DNA of 64,000 bases from Candidatus Hydrothermarchaeum profundi (GCA_002011125.2 MTMF02000009.1:1672989-1736988); one strand, 5' to 3'. Positions 1 to 10,769 are shown, numbered from the stretch's first letter. Made by a program: numbers and translations. Notes: a model not told the origin generated them from the sequence alone.

Positions 1-326
1 GGATTGAAGGATATTATCACCCCTATAAAGGCACGCTCCTAGATAATTTTCTTTACAGTGAAGTGGTTTATACAAATGCACCATTCCCCCAAAGTAGTAG
101 TGTATACATTGGGAAAGCATCAGTAACTGTACCCATTAATGTAAGTATCTTAGAAAATATTTTCTTATTTGAACACTCGGAAAGTAAAATGCTCTTATCA
201 AATTTTTTTAGTCTCCAACTTAACAGCTCCGTCAATCCCACGTTTTTTGAGATGATAAGAGCTACACACCCTAAAAACAATGCGGCCGAAATAAGAATTA
301 TGCTGTGGAACTCAGGGACGGCTTAA
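1..326 (+). CDS. 3' part of a hypothetical protein (runs off the left edge), probably part of a pilin-like gene cluster
   Basis: Frame is open from position 3 (IEGYYHPYKGTLLDNFLYSEVVYTN...) to TAA at 324-326; it abuts the next gene. Confidence 0.6.
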   Translation, partial: IEGYYHPYKGTLLDNFLYSEVVYTNAPFPQSSSVYIGKASVTVPINVSILENIFLFEHSESKMLLSNFFSLQLNSSVNPTFFEMIRATHPKNNAAEIRIMLWNSGTA

Positions 327-328
327 GA

Positions 329-3300
329 ATGAGTTTTTTGAAAAAAGAGGATGGAATGATTCCATTTTCATCTCTTGGAATAATTATGCTTCTCATCACA
401 GGTATAGCGATCTATCACTTTAGTAAGGTAGATCTTCAGCGAGCGCGCTCTATGAATAAGCATACTGCTGACATGGAAACATTTTATTTAACAACCTCAA
501 TAAACTTAGACCTTCAGCAAATAACTCGAGGGGCTATTAAACAGGCTATTCTTAATCATTCAATTAGCACTTATGGGTCTCCTATTAATATCGATGAAGA
601 GTGGAAAAATCGAAAGGCATACGAACAATGGCGAAAAAACTTAGAAAAAGATATCGAACAATCAATTATAGATTCTATCTACTACTCATATTACCAAGGT
701 AATATAAGCAAGCTAAATGAAAGATATGACGATCACCTAACAAACTTCGATTTCTCTAGGTTTTTAAGCTCAAAGAAAGATCTAAAAGTTAAAATAAATC
801 CTGATTTTTATGATAGAGATAAAAAAGTGCAACATAGCCTTGAAACCGAGGTTAACTTTTATAGAAATGGCATTATCGGTGCCCATAATAAGTATACATT
901 TCATGAAATGTCCTTGAAGTTAGGTACTTCTGTGACATCCGGACTACGGCCTTTCACAATGGCGGATAAAGCGTATGCTTTTACAGGCATTTTTAAAAAA
1001 AGAGCACCTAACCCCTTGAATCCCCTAGAATGTATTGAACCAAAAAAGGCGGGATATAATACGGTAGACGAATTAGCATGGTACTTATGGGGCATACAGG
1101 AAGTCCTCGGTTTTTTTGAGGCTAATGTTAATCATAACATCAAATTCGCTACGGATGATAGAGCATCATATTCCCTAATTCAGTTAATTATAGCGTATAA
1201 AGAACTTGAGCAGTTTGGTACATTTGATTATATTCATGCTACTTCTGAGTTTATACGCCCATGGTTAGGAAGCGAGAATGAAGGGGAAGAGTTTGTTAGA
1301 GTTCTTGAAAAGGGATTGAACGAAAAAGTAGCTAAAGAAGCTGCAGATATGATGGAGTCTTCAACCTTTATTAAAAATCTTTTCAGCAGAATTAACGAGA
1401 TTGGAGATCTATTGATACTATCAGCATCACATTTGGATAGTGCTACCGTGAATATGGATAAAGGAGGCGGATTCCCCCCAGCCATCGCCTCTAATCTAAA
1501 TTTAGCCTCAGAAGGAGTAACCCAGCATTTAAGACAAGCCAGCGACATGTCTCGTCTAATGGAAGTCTACGATACATTATCCCTGATAAAAGAAGAAGTT
1601 GAAGAGAATAAAGAGAATGTAGAAAGTTCTGAAATAGAAAATTGGGGAGATAAAATTGAAGCTCAGATCTCAACTGTTGCACAAGAATGGAATGATGTCA
1701 AAGAAGAGTGGAAAGAAGGGAAATATGACCTCGAAACTTCTAAAAATAATCTAATATTAGCCAAAAAAGACCTTATTGGCCTCAAATTCTGGTTAGAAGA
1801 TGAAAAATGCAAAAATAATGTAGCTACTTCTTTATGGTTTGGAAATGAGAATCAAAACTATAAAGGTATGTACGAGATACTGCCCGCGAAGTTAGAAGAA
1901 ACTAATAGACTTATAGACTCGCTTAGTGACTTAGAAGGAAGATATAATGCTTTAAGATATGATGAAAACTCAGACGATTATTACATTAACTACTATTACC
2001 ACGAAACAATTAGAAATTTGAAGGAAGCGAAAAGCCTTCTTTCTCAAGCAGAATCGGCTAGGGAGACATATCTTGCTCAGAAATATAAGTATGATAACTG
2101 CAGACTCCAAATAGACTATAAAGATCCAAAAATGGGCGGTTGCTTAAGTTCTGGCTATCGATGTAGAGCATATAAATGCAGTCCCTATCCCTGTGATTGC
2201 ACAACTGAAGAAGGTGTTACAACCTGTGAGACATGCTACAGAACTTGCTACCATTCATGTTATGATTGTATATGTGATAAGGGCATCTTAGAAATTAACT
2301 TCAGAGAAGCTCAATCTAAATACGAAGAATATATGAAAAAAGCATTAAAGCCGCTCTCTCGTGCAATAGAAGATGTTCTCTTAATGAGAAACTCTGGAGA
2401 AACCTTTTACGATGAAAAAGGGGCACAGGAAATATTAGAAGAAATTGAGAAAATTCATGGAGTATATACAACTCCCACTTACCTTCCATCTCAAGAAACA
2501 TACTACTCCATAACTGATATCTATTATGCTCACTGGAACTTCTCCCATAGTAAGAATGACATTCCTCATTACATACTAGCTTTAGATATCAATACCCCAC
2601 TGACGTATAATTTAGAAAACAAAAAATTTGATGATTATGGCATCTTCCACATTCAACGAACAGTTAAAGCCATGGAAAGAGCTATCGAAGACCCTTCTCT
2701 TGATGTAGACGCCCTTCAAAGAGGAGAGCAAGCGCTTGAAAAGATGATAAACCAACGCTATTTTGAGAATCTTTCAGGGATATTAGAACTTATCGGTATA
2801 TTTATAGAATCTTCTGAGAATATGAGAACCGCTCTACTAAACATAAGAACATTAGAAACACATTTTCCTAATGCAGTAGATCACGCTTATACAACTTTCC
2901 TTCTACCCCCTATAAATTCATCGCGTTTAGGCTATCAATATCAGGGGCTATCGGTTATACATGATATTCGGCTTAGAGTAGATACACGTCCTGGTAAAAT
3001 TAAGCTCCCGATTATAGGCGAAGTAGGCTTAGGCAGAGATAACTCAGTTAATCCTTCCTTCCCGCTACCTTATACTCCTGTTAATTTTTATATATGGGGC
3101 TTTGAGATTACTCCAAGTTTTAATGAAGAAATACCAGAAATGTCGACACTCTGGCTCATTGACTCCGATACGAATGTACTTACCTCTCTACTAGAAATGA
3201 AGATTAATGATAAAACTATTCCTATCCCCTTGATTCTTCATAAGCCAATTATGTATAAATTCGAATTTACTCCTTTAGAAATTATCTCCAAAAGCATTGG

Positions 3301-4063
3301 AAAAAATTATCTACCTCCCGTAGTTGTTTTCTCTGTGGGACCTTTTACCACCAGATTTAGAGATCGCGTTGAGCCTCCGGATAAAGACATCACAGTACCA
3401 ATTCTTGTAGATTTATCTTATTCAGATAAACGTGTGTACCTGAATACTTCGAATTCCGCTGGGCGGGAAGTATATGTGTTTACTTCGGCATTCGAAAGGG
3501 TGAACAGTTTAAGTTATCCTCTAAAAACTTCTTTAGGAACTTTAAAATTAAACGGCAAAACTTTTTTCTCATCGAATTCAAAAGCCCCCAAGTGGGCACA
3601 ATTAAATGGATTAAAATTATTAGACGAATATGGATGGTCCGAAATTATCATAGACGCTTATGCTACTCATGATCCTATGAGCCCGATTTTCAGCAACAAG
3701 TCTAAACGTATTGAAAAGACTTCCCATGTAAAAGGAAGCGATCATATTCGGATTCTATTACAAGAAGATATCGGAAAAATAAGTATCTCCGGGTCTAAAT
3801 ACGGAGATCATTTGCGAGTAAGTAATAAGGGAAATAAGAGAGTTGATATCTCGATAAGTGGGGAAACATGCACATTTTTTAAGCCTATGACCCCTAGGTC
3901 TACTATTACTAAAGAAATGTGGTTTGGTACGATAGATCCTAAGAGAAGTATAGAATTAATTGTCTTTTACAAAGAAAAAACCAATGTTTCTGTTGAAATA
4001 GAAATGCCGAGGGTATTAAAGGAAGATCTAGATATTCCAAGTATCAAGATAGAGTATCCATAA
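329..4063 (+). CDS. Large secreted protein with class III (prepilin-like) signal peptide, coiled-coil core and Cys-rich insert
   Basis: ATG at 329 gives MSFLKKEDG|MIPFSSLGIIMLLITGIAIYHF (charged leader, G, hydrophobic helix); long helical region; 12 Cys at nt 2099-2275. Confidence 0.7.
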   Translation: MSFLKKEDGMIPFSSLGIIMLLITGIAIYHFSKVDLQRARSMNKHTADMETFYLTTSINLDLQQITRGAIKQAILNHSISTYGSPINIDEEWKNRKAYEQWRKNLEKDIEQSIIDSIYYSYYQGNISKLNERYDDHLTNFDFSRFLSSKKDLKVKINPDFYDRDKKVQHSLETEVNFYRNGIIGAHNKYTFHEMSLKLGTSVTSGLRPFTMADKAYAFTGIFKKRAPNPLNPLECIEPKKAGYNTVDELAWYLWGIQEVLGFFEANVNHNIKFATDDRASYSLIQLIIAYKELEQFGTFDYIHATSEFIRPWLGSENEGEEFVRVLEKGLNEKVAKEAADMMESSTFIKNLFSRINEIGDLLILSASHLDSATVNMDKGGGFPPAIASNLNLASEGVTQHLRQASDMSRLMEVYDTLSLIKEEVEENKENVESSEIENWGDKIEAQISTVAQEWNDVKEEWKEGKYDLETSKNNLILAKKDLIGLKFWLEDEKCKNNVATSLWFGNENQNYKGMYEILPAKLEETNRLIDSLSDLEGRYNALRYDENSDDYYINYYYHETIRNLKEAKSLLSQAESARETYLAQKYKYDNCRLQIDYKDPKMGGCLSSGYRCRAYKCSPYPCDCTTEEGVTTCETCYRTCYHSCYDCICDKGILEINFREAQSKYEEYMKKALKPLSRAIEDVLLMRNSGETFYDEKGAQEILEEIEKIHGVYTTPTYLPSQETYYSITDIYYAHWNFSHSKNDIPHYILALDINTPLTYNLENKKFDDYGIFHIQRTVKAMERAIEDPSLDVDALQRGEQALEKMINQRYFENLSGILELIGIFIESSENMRTALLNIRTLETHFPNAVDHAYTTFLLPPINSSRLGYQYQGLSVIHDIRLRVDTRPGKIKLPIIGEVGLGRDNSVNPSFPLPYTPVNFYIWGFEITPSFNEEIPEMSTLWLIDSDTNVLTSLLEMKINDKTIPIPLILHKPIMYKFEFTPLEIISKSIGKNYLPPVVVFSVGPFTTRFRDRVEPPDKDITVPILVDLSYSDKRVYLNTSNSAGREVYVFTSAFERVNSLSYPLKTSLGTLKLNGKTFFSSNSKAPKWAQLNGLKLLDEYGWSEIIIDAYATHDPMSPIFSNKSKRIEKTSHVKGSDHIRILLQEDIGKISISGSKYGDHLRVSNKGNKRVDISISGETCTFFKPMTPRSTITKEMWFGTIDPKRSIELIVFYKEKTNVSVEIEMPRVLKEDLDIPSIKIEYP

Positions 4064-4109
4064 CATGTATTCGATAAAAATAGTTTGTACCTATTAAATT
4101 AATAAAGAA

Positions 4110-5120
4110 TTATTTCCAAACCCCTTCTATTAGAGTTTTACATTTTGGGCATCTACCCTTCTCTATTTTATTCTCTTCAATAGTAAATCCCCACCTTTTT
4201 ATTAAGATTTCACTACAGTTCGGGCAATAGGTATTCTCGTTTCCATACCCAGGAACATTGCCTTCGTAGACATATTTAAGGCCCACCTCTAACCCAATTT
4301 TTCTTGCCTTTCTTAAACTCTTTAATGGTGTTATAGGAAGGCTCATCAGCTTATATTCGGGATGAAACTGCGTCACATGCCATGGGATATTTTCATCGAC
4401 AGAGACTAAGAATTCTGCTATTCCTCTAATGTGTTCTTCAGAATCATTTAGGGTAGGGATTATCAATGTAGTAACTTCTACCCAGATACCTAACTCCTTA
4501 TAAAGCCTCACATTATTGAGGACCGGCTCAAGTCTAGCACCGCAGATTTCTTTATAGAATTTTTCAGTAAAACCTTTAACATCTATATTAGCAGCGTCAA
4601 GGTAAGGCTTAATTTCCCTAAGTGCATCTTCTCCCGTATAGCCATTCGTAACAAACACATTTTTGATGCCCTCTTTATGTGCGAGTTTTGCAGTATCGTA
4701 GGCATACTCATAAAAAATAGTTGGCTCGGTATAGGTGTAGGCTATACTTTTACAGTTAAATTTTTTTGCTTCTAAAACTATTTCCTCTGGGGATAGAGCT
4801 CTACCATCTATTCTTCGCTCATCTCTAGGCATTTGAGAGATCGAATAGTTCTGGCAATGCATACATCGGAAATTGCACCCTACTGTCGCAAAAGAATATA
4901 TATCAGTTCCTGGGAGAAAATGAAAAAGCGGTTTTTTTTCTATGGGGTCTATATTAGCTGAAATAGCTTTTCCGTATACTAACGAGTAGAGAGTTCCTCC
5001 TATGTTTTCTCGAACAGTACATATTCCCCTCTTACCATCTGCAATGGTACATTTATGATGGCATAAGTAGCATCTAACCCTGCCCTCTGATAACCTCTCG
5101 TAGAACATCGCTTCTTTCAT
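4110..5120 (-). CDS. amrS: AmmeMemoRadiSam-system radical SAM enzyme (PFL-activase-like)
   Basis: N-terminal CYLCHHKC, DPIEKKPLFHFLPG, CNFRCMHCQN radical SAM motif, AYTYTEP, C-terminal CPNC...CPKC. Confidence 0.9.
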   Translation of the reverse strand: MKEAMFYERLSEGRVRCYLCHHKCTIADGKRGICTVRENIGGTLYSLVYGKAISANIDPIEKKPLFHFLPGTDIYSFATVGCNFRCMHCQNYSISQMPRDERRIDGRALSPEEIVLEAKKFNCKSIAYTYTEPTIFYEYAYDTAKLAHKEGIKNVFVTNGYTGEDALREIKPYLDAANIDVKGFTEKFYKEICGARLEPVLNNVRLYKELGIWVEVTTLIIPTLNDSEEHIRGIAEFLVSVDENIPWHVTQFHPEYKLMSLPITPLKSLRKARKIGLEVGLKYVYEGNVPGYGNENTYCPNCSEILIKRWGFTIEENKIEKGRCPKCKTLIEGVWK

Positions 5121-5173
5121 AGCTCATCTATTTTCTGTGTCTTCAACTAGTAAAATTTTTGGGTGTGGACTTT

Positions 5174-6082
5174 TTAAAAGAAGTTGATACTATAAAGAAC
5201 GCCTAGTATAACTAATAGCAGAGCCGCTTCTACCGCTATTTTTAGAGCTATTATTTTGAGAGCTAGTTTCTTTGTGAAAAGAGCTGTTACAGTAGGGAAA
5301 GTGTGCTGAAGGTAAATTCTTGGTAGAGATATGGTGAGTCCTAGTATCAGGGTTACGAGTGCAATATTCTCAGAGAGTACACCGTTAGATACCAATTCTC
5401 CGCATACAGCGAACCCCGCTATTACATTTGCAAATTGCGTAACCATCACAATTGCGCTTTCACCAGGTAATCCTATCGCGCCAGTAATAGGACCGGCTGC
5501 CAGAGAAATTTTATCTAAAACTCCAAAGTATCTTAAAAGCTTAATAACAGATACAGCAACAAGAAAAGTTGGAATTACTCTTTTCAGGATATCCATACTC
5601 TTCAGCAATGCAGTCTTGTAATCGCCTTTTTCCTCGCTCTCGAAGATAGGTTCTATTTGCTGTGGGGGAAACTTCAGCTTCGAGTATATTATCGCTAAAA
5701 AGCTCTGGAAGAAAGAAGAAGTCAATTTTATCAAGAGATATTTGAGTCCCAGTGAAGCCCCCAATAATCCAACTACTAGCGGAATGTAATAGTAAGGTAA
5801 TCTTAAGAATTCGTAGGGAAAAGTTGTCACAAAAGTAGTCACTATCACCTCTTTATCAGAAACCTTTCCTCTACGATAAAACTCGGCCAGTGTCGAGTAT
5901 CCAACCGTAGGGCTTAAAAGCCTCATTAGCGATGAAGTAATAACCTCCTTAGATAGATGGGAAAATTTTATCAGAGGATTGAGAAATCTTACTAAAAGGC
6001 GAGTTAACCCATATTCTGCTATCAAATTAGCTATTATTACTGCCATAGTAAGAGTTGCTACCGTTTTTATGAGATAATTCAT
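5174..6082 (-). CDS. Nucleoside-recognition (Gate) domain membrane protein
   Basis: Two hydrophobic halves, each with a Gate-like motif (LNPLIKFSHLS, AGPITGAIGLPGES); ATG at 6082 preferred over the upstream start. Confidence 0.65.
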   Translation of the reverse strand: MNYLIKTVATLTMAVIIANLIAEYGLTRLLVRFLNPLIKFSHLSKEVITSSLMRLLSPTVGYSTLAEFYRRGKVSDKEVIVTTFVTTFPYEFLRLPYYYIPLVVGLLGASLGLKYLLIKLTSSFFQSFLAIIYSKLKFPPQQIEPIFESEEKGDYKTALLKSMDILKRVIPTFLVAVSVIKLLRYFGVLDKISLAAGPITGAIGLPGESAIVMVTQFANVIAGFAVCGELVSNGVLSENIALVTLILGLTISLPRIYLQHTFPTVTALFTKKLALKIIALKIAVEAALLLVILGVLYSINFF

Positions 6083-6176
6083 TAAAAATTTCTCCGATTT
6101 ATGTTTATTAGAAAAGTTCCTTTTAGGAATTAAACTCAATTAAATATTTAACCTAACATCCATATTCCTAATTCTT

Positions 6177-7157
6177 ATGCAGTTGTCTCTAGGAGTTGTA
6201 AGTAGCAACCCTATTCAGAGTTCTATAAAATATGCACAATTGGCGGAAAATAAGGGTTTCAAGAGAATATGGGTAGGAGAGGACATAAGATCGAGAGAGA
6301 TTTTTTCTTATATTTCTATCATCGCTTTAAGAACGAACTTTATAGGGATTGCATCTGGAATCACTAGCCCTTATGTGAGACGTATTGCAGCACTTGCTTC
6401 CTCTGTAGCAGCGGTACAACATCTAAGTCATGGCAGATTTACATTAGGTATCGGTCCAGGGGGAAGGCCTGAAGTCAAGAAGATGCTTGGAAAAGACCAA
6501 GAAAATGTTATTGAAGTCATGAAAGAAACCACAATGCTGATAAGGAGGATTTTGAAGGGAGAAAGCATTTCATATAAGGGCGTACTAGCCTGTCTTTCAG
6601 ATTATCGTTTACAACATCCAGATCTTGGACCGGTCGACATCTATTTCGGGGTGAGAGGTCCTAAGCTGCTTACACTTGCAGGCGAAATAGCTGATGGAGT
6701 GATTTTTTCTGGGCCTTTAAGCTACATGCGCAATAGCATAAGGATAGTTGAAGATTCTGCACGGAAAAAGGGTAGAGAGTTAAATAAAATTGTGAAAGTA
6801 TTGTGGAACGCGTTTTTAATTACACACAATAAGGTGGAATTAAAATCTGCTAAGCCTATTGTCGCCACGATGATTGCGAGTATGCCCCAGGAGATTATAG
6901 AATCTGTAGGAATCGATAAAGAAACTGCTAGTAAAATCCAAAACTTTTTTGAAAAGTCTAGATATGGGGATGCTTACAGCCTAGTAGGTGAGGATATGAT
7001 TAGGGAGTTTATGATTGCAGGAAGTAAATCCGAGGTGGAGGAACAAATCGAAAAATTAAGGCAGATGGGGTTCGAAGAAATAATTTTAGGCCCCCCATAT
7101 GGCGAAGAGCCGCTGAAAATTATCGAATACTTAGGCGATATTTTTGGTGAAAAATAA
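6177..7157 (+). CDS. LLM-class (luciferase-like, Mer-like) flavin/F420-dependent oxidoreductase
   Basis: AENKGFKRIWVGED, GITSPYVR, SHGRFTLGIGPG, GPKLLTLAGEIADG. Confidence 0.85.
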   Translation: MQLSLGVVSSNPIQSSIKYAQLAENKGFKRIWVGEDIRSREIFSYISIIALRTNFIGIASGITSPYVRRIAALASSVAAVQHLSHGRFTLGIGPGGRPEVKKMLGKDQENVIEVMKETTMLIRRILKGESISYKGVLACLSDYRLQHPDLGPVDIYFGVRGPKLLTLAGEIADGVIFSGPLSYMRNSIRIVEDSARKKGRELNKIVKVLWNAFLITHNKVELKSAKPIVATMIASMPQEIIESVGIDKETASKIQNFFEKSRYGDAYSLVGEDMIREFMIAGSKSEVEEQIEKLRQMGFEEIILGPPYGEEPLKIIEYLGDIFGEK

Positions 7158-8023
7158 TGGAGTATGGGATAAATTTTAACGGAGATGTGATTATAGACAA
7201 GATAACAAAAGCAGCTATTTTGTCAGAAGAAGCAGGCTTCTCACACATATGGGTAGGAGAAACTACCGGATTCTTACATCCCTTCCCACTAATGGCGGCC
7301 TGCTTGGAAAACACCGGGAAAATTGTTGTCGGAGCAGGTATCATCAGCCCATTGAGAAACCGGCCTCATCACATATTGAAAGCTGCATTAACATTTGAAG
7401 AAGTATATGGACCGAGAGTTTCTATTGGGCTAGCCCCTGGAGATCACGAAGGACTTAAAAGAGAGTGCACTACAACTAAAAAAGTTTTAGGAGTCTTAAG
7501 CGACGCGTCTACATACCTTAAAGGAAATTCAGATCTCAAGGTATATATTGGAGCTTCTGGTCCAAAACTCATAAAACTTGCTGGAGAAAAATCCGACGGT
7601 GTATTGCTAAATTATGTTTATCCGGAGTATGTAAAATGGGCTTTGAAATTTTTAAAAAAAGATGTTTACAAGGCAGTCTACGGTCCTTCTCTCCTTCTTC
7701 CCAATTCTAAACTACTAAGTCACTTAAGAGGAGCTGCTGCTGTTGTACTCGCGGGAGGAAACCGAGATTTCTTAGAATCCATGGGGCTCACTGAGTTATC
7801 GGGAGAACTACGGGAGCTTGTGAGAAAAGAGAAATGGAGCGAACTCAAAAAATATGATAAAATACTGTTTGAGCGTTTTACGATCTCTGGAGATGTTTAT
7901 GATTTTCAAGATCGCTTAGAGGAATATAAAAAACTCGGAATAGACCAAGTCATCTTAGCAACTCCCTTTGGAAGAGACATCAAAGGCATACGAGAGATGA
8001 CAAAAGTCATTTCAAGTACTTAA
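7157..8023 (+). CDS. LLM-class flavin/F420-dependent oxidoreductase (second paralogue)
   Basis: EEAGFSHIWVGE, IGLAPGD, YIGASGPKLIKLAGEKSDGVLLN; TAATG stop/start overlap with the previous gene. Confidence 0.8.
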   Translation: MEYGINFNGDVIIDKITKAAILSEEAGFSHIWVGETTGFLHPFPLMAACLENTGKIVVGAGIISPLRNRPHHILKAALTFEEVYGPRVSIGLAPGDHEGLKRECTTTKKVLGVLSDASTYLKGNSDLKVYIGASGPKLIKLAGEKSDGVLLNYVYPEYVKWALKFLKKDVYKAVYGPSLLLPNSKLLSHLRGAAAVVLAGGNRDFLESMGLTELSGELRELVRKEKWSELKKYDKILFERFTISGDVYDFQDRLEEYKKLGIDQVILATPFGRDIKGIREMTKVISST

Positions 8024-8027
8024 TGAC

Positions 8028-9296
8028 TCAAATTTTCTCCGCGAAATATATGTTTTTGTTGTCCATTCCAAGTTCAACAAACATCCCGGTTTTAAGAACT
8101 TTATGAGAATTTTCTATAGGAGCAACCCGCTTTCCAGGTCCGATAATTGAATCTTTTAGAATCGTGACCCCCCCACCGATAACAGGCACTCTTTCAGAAG
8201 GTTTTCCTACAATTTCAACCTCTAGGTCTGCGTCTATTACTGTTCCATCTTCTATTGTGGCAAATCTCCCTATCACGCTTTTGTTTATTTTTACATTTTT
8301 TCCTATATTCGTGAAACTCATTACTACAGAATCCCTAATGACACTACCATCTCCAATTTGGCATGTATGGCCAACGCAAGAGTTCTCTATTTTCACATCT
8401 TTCCCTATCCAACAATGCCGCCCCACCATAGTGTTATCCCCAATGTAAACATCTCTGAGTTGATTATTTCTTTCTACAGTTGACGGATGTATCCATTGTT
8501 TATCCCTATATCGATGAAGGAGAGATATTTGTTTTACCTCGCCCCTTAATATATCAAGAGATGTTTCCAAGAAGCTTCCGGGAGTTCCAACATCGGCCCA
8601 ATATCCGTCCATTAGGTATCCACAGGTGACATAACCATTTTCTACGAGGTAAGGTATGACATCATGCCCTATATCTTTTACCTTGCTCCCCATTTCTCTA
8701 AAGACCTTCCGTATTCTTGGAGAAAAAACATACAGGCCTGTATTTATTAGCTTAGAGGGCTCTGTATCTGGAGATGGTTTTTCTATAAATCTTTTTATCA
8801 TGTTCCCCTCTAGTTCAGCGACCCCAAAGTGACTTACATCTCCTTCTATTCTCTTTAAACCTATCGTTAAAACTGCTTCCGTTTCTCTATGCTGTTTCAT
8901 GATATTCTCTAGGTCTATCTCCATTATGTTATCACCGCCTATCACCAGAACATCTTTTTCTATATCATAGTACTCCATACAGTATCTCACTGCATCACCA
9001 CTGCCTCTATCCTGGTAGTTAGGCTGGTACCTGATTTCCTCTCTAGGCTCTACGCCGAGTTCTTTAAAAAAGCCTATGCCCTCCTTAAAGTATTTATTTA
9101 GCTGCTCAGAATTCTCATACCCTTTACTAGCGATCACAATTTCTCTACAGCCTTGGGTAATAAGAGGTGCTAATGCTCTCGCTAGCGTCGCTTTATTACA
9201 CATATCAAGTATAGCTTTTGCTATATTAAGGGTCAGAGGATATAATCTAGTACCTTTCCCCCCAACGGTTGCTATAACTACAGGAAATTCTCTCAA
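8028..9296 (-). CDS. Sugar-phosphate nucleotidyltransferase (NDP-sugar synthase) with left-handed beta-helix
   Basis: GGKGTRLYPLT, FIEKP, INTGLYVF, YWADVGTP, C-terminal hexapeptide repeats. Confidence 0.9.
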   Translation of the reverse strand: MREFPVVIATVGGKGTRLYPLTLNIAKAILDMCNKATLARALAPLITQGCREIVIASKGYENSEQLNKYFKEGIGFFKELGVEPREEIRYQPNYQDRGSGDAVRYCMEYYDIEKDVLVIGGDNIMEIDLENIMKQHRETEAVLTIGLKRIEGDVSHFGVAELEGNMIKRFIEKPSPDTEPSKLINTGLYVFSPRIRKVFREMGSKVKDIGHDVIPYLVENGYVTCGYLMDGYWADVGTPGSFLETSLDILRGEVKQISLLHRYRDKQWIHPSTVERNNQLRDVYIGDNTMVGRHCWIGKDVKIENSCVGHTCQIGDGSVIRDSVVMSFTNIGKNVKINKSVIGRFATIEDGTVIDADLEVEIVGKPSERVPVIGGGVTILKDSIIGPGKRVAPIENSHKVLKTGMFVELGMDNKNIYFAEKI

Positions 9297-9317
9297 TCCA
9301 GTTTCTCCTAGGAAATT

Positions 9318-10004
9318 TTATCTGCCTATATTTTTCCTATAGTATTCTACTATATCCCTCCCCTCTAAAAAAGTAATTCCTCTTTCCTGTGCATAACGTA
9401 AAGCTTCTTTATAATCTAACGAATTACCATCGTCTCCCATCATCTCACATATAGTAGCTACAGGCGTAAGCCCAGCCATTTGCATGAGGGCTACACTGAG
9501 TTCTGTATGGCCTCTCCTGTCTTCTAATAAGCCTTCTGATGCCCTTAATAAGGTAACATGCCCAGGAGACCTAAAATTCTTTCCAAACTCGTCTTCTTTA
9601 TATCCGTTAAGCAGTTTATCTGCAAGATTTGCTAACTCGCGTATAGTTAAAGCTCTATCGTTATCTGTGATGCCTGTAAAGGTCCTTCTATGGTTAACCG
9701 TGATTGAAAAAGACGATTTCTCGTCGTAAGGTATATCGTTAGCTTCGAGATATTTAAATACCCTATATTTCCTACTAGCATATTTCCAAACATCTACTAT
9801 GAAAGGAATACCAAGTTTATCTGCTATAAGAGGATGCAAAGCTACGCAGATCAATCCTCCACCATCCTTTCTCATAATTCTAATATGTTCTGGCCTAATA
9901 AACCGACTTGCTATCACGAAGTCTGTTTCTTCTTCCCGTCCATCTCCATCGTAAACCAGTATTAGCCTACCAGCCTTTAGCTCTCTGAGAGCCTTTTCTA
10001 TCAT
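9318..10004 (-). CDS. ribB: 3,4-dihydroxy-2-butanone-4-phosphate synthase
   Basis: [32 protein letters not shown]. Confidence 0.95.
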   Translation of the reverse strand: MIEKALRELKAGRLILVYDGDGREEETDFVIASRFIRPEHIRIMRKDGGGLICVALHPLIADKLGIPFIVDVWKYASRKYRVFKYLEANDIPYDEKSSFSITVNHRRTFTGITDNDRALTIRELANLADKLLNGYKEDEFGKNFRSPGHVTLLRASEGLLEDRRGHTELSVALMQMAGLTPVATICEMMGDDGNSLDYKEALRYAQERGITFLEGRDIVEYYRKNIGR

Positions 10005-10669
10005 ACTTCCACCTTCACGCTTACTATATCTCCATCTTTAAGATTAAGGGCTTCTCTAATCTTCTTTGGAGAGATAATCTCAAGTTTATCGAAACCGTGA
10101 TGCGTCCGGTCAGGTATTACTATTGCAGCTTCTAATTCATCTACCCTAGCCCGAAAGCACTTAACCGGACCAAAAGTCCTATCTCCTTGCTTAAACCCCT
10201 GAATCCTGATTCCCCCAAGTTTCTGTAAAGTCTGCCTAATTCTCCTGTCATCTTCGGTTTTAAGCTTGATATTTAGAGTTCCAGGAAAAGGCTCAAAACC
10301 AAGTTTACTTTTAAATTGATCTACATATCCCTTAATTTTCATATAATAACTTCCTTCCCCAAGTCCCGAAACCACCTCCCCGTTTATTATATAAGTGCAA
10401 GGCTCATGCTCTTGTAAAATCTTATCTAACTCTTGGTGCACAGTTCTTAGTACCTCTATCCCTCGAGAAGTTAACTTAATCCTTTGTCCTCTAGGCAGTA
10501 CTTCCCGGACTATATATTCCTCCCTCTCTAGATCCCTAATTTTTCGTGATGCTGTTTGCTGTGAAGAACCAAGGGCATCCGCTAATCTACTCGAGGATAT
10601 CTCAGTCATTTTACTAGCGCATCCCATCCTCGCCAATGCTATGAGATCTAGAATATTCAATATAATCAA
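10001..10669 (-). CDS. ribK: CTP-dependent riboflavin kinase with N-terminal winged HTH (RbkR-type)
   Basis: [46 protein letters not shown]; adjacent to ribB. Confidence 0.93.
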   Translation of the reverse strand: MIILNILDLIALARMGCASKMTEISSSRLADALGSSQQTASRKIRDLEREEYIVREVLPRGQRIKLTSRGIEVLRTVHQELDKILQEHEPCTYIINGEVVSGLGEGSYYMKIKGYVDQFKSKLGFEPFPGTLNIKLKTEDDRRIRQTLQKLGGIRIQGFKQGDRTFGPVKCFRARVDELEAAIVIPDRTHHGFDKLEIISPKKIREALNLKDGDIVSVKVEV

Positions 10670-10700
10670 CTCATTTTTGGGTTGCTAATCAATTTTGAGA
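10668..10700. promoter_or_regulatory. Tandem imperfect palindromes at the ribK start (candidate RbkR operators)
   Basis: AACTCATTTTTGGGTT (10668-10683) and AATCAATTTTGAGA (10687-10700). Confidence 0.45.
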
Positions 10701-10769
10701 AAGAGTATATTAACCTTATGTATAAAATTTGTACTTTGAATCAATCAAAAGGCACAATACATCTCTTTC

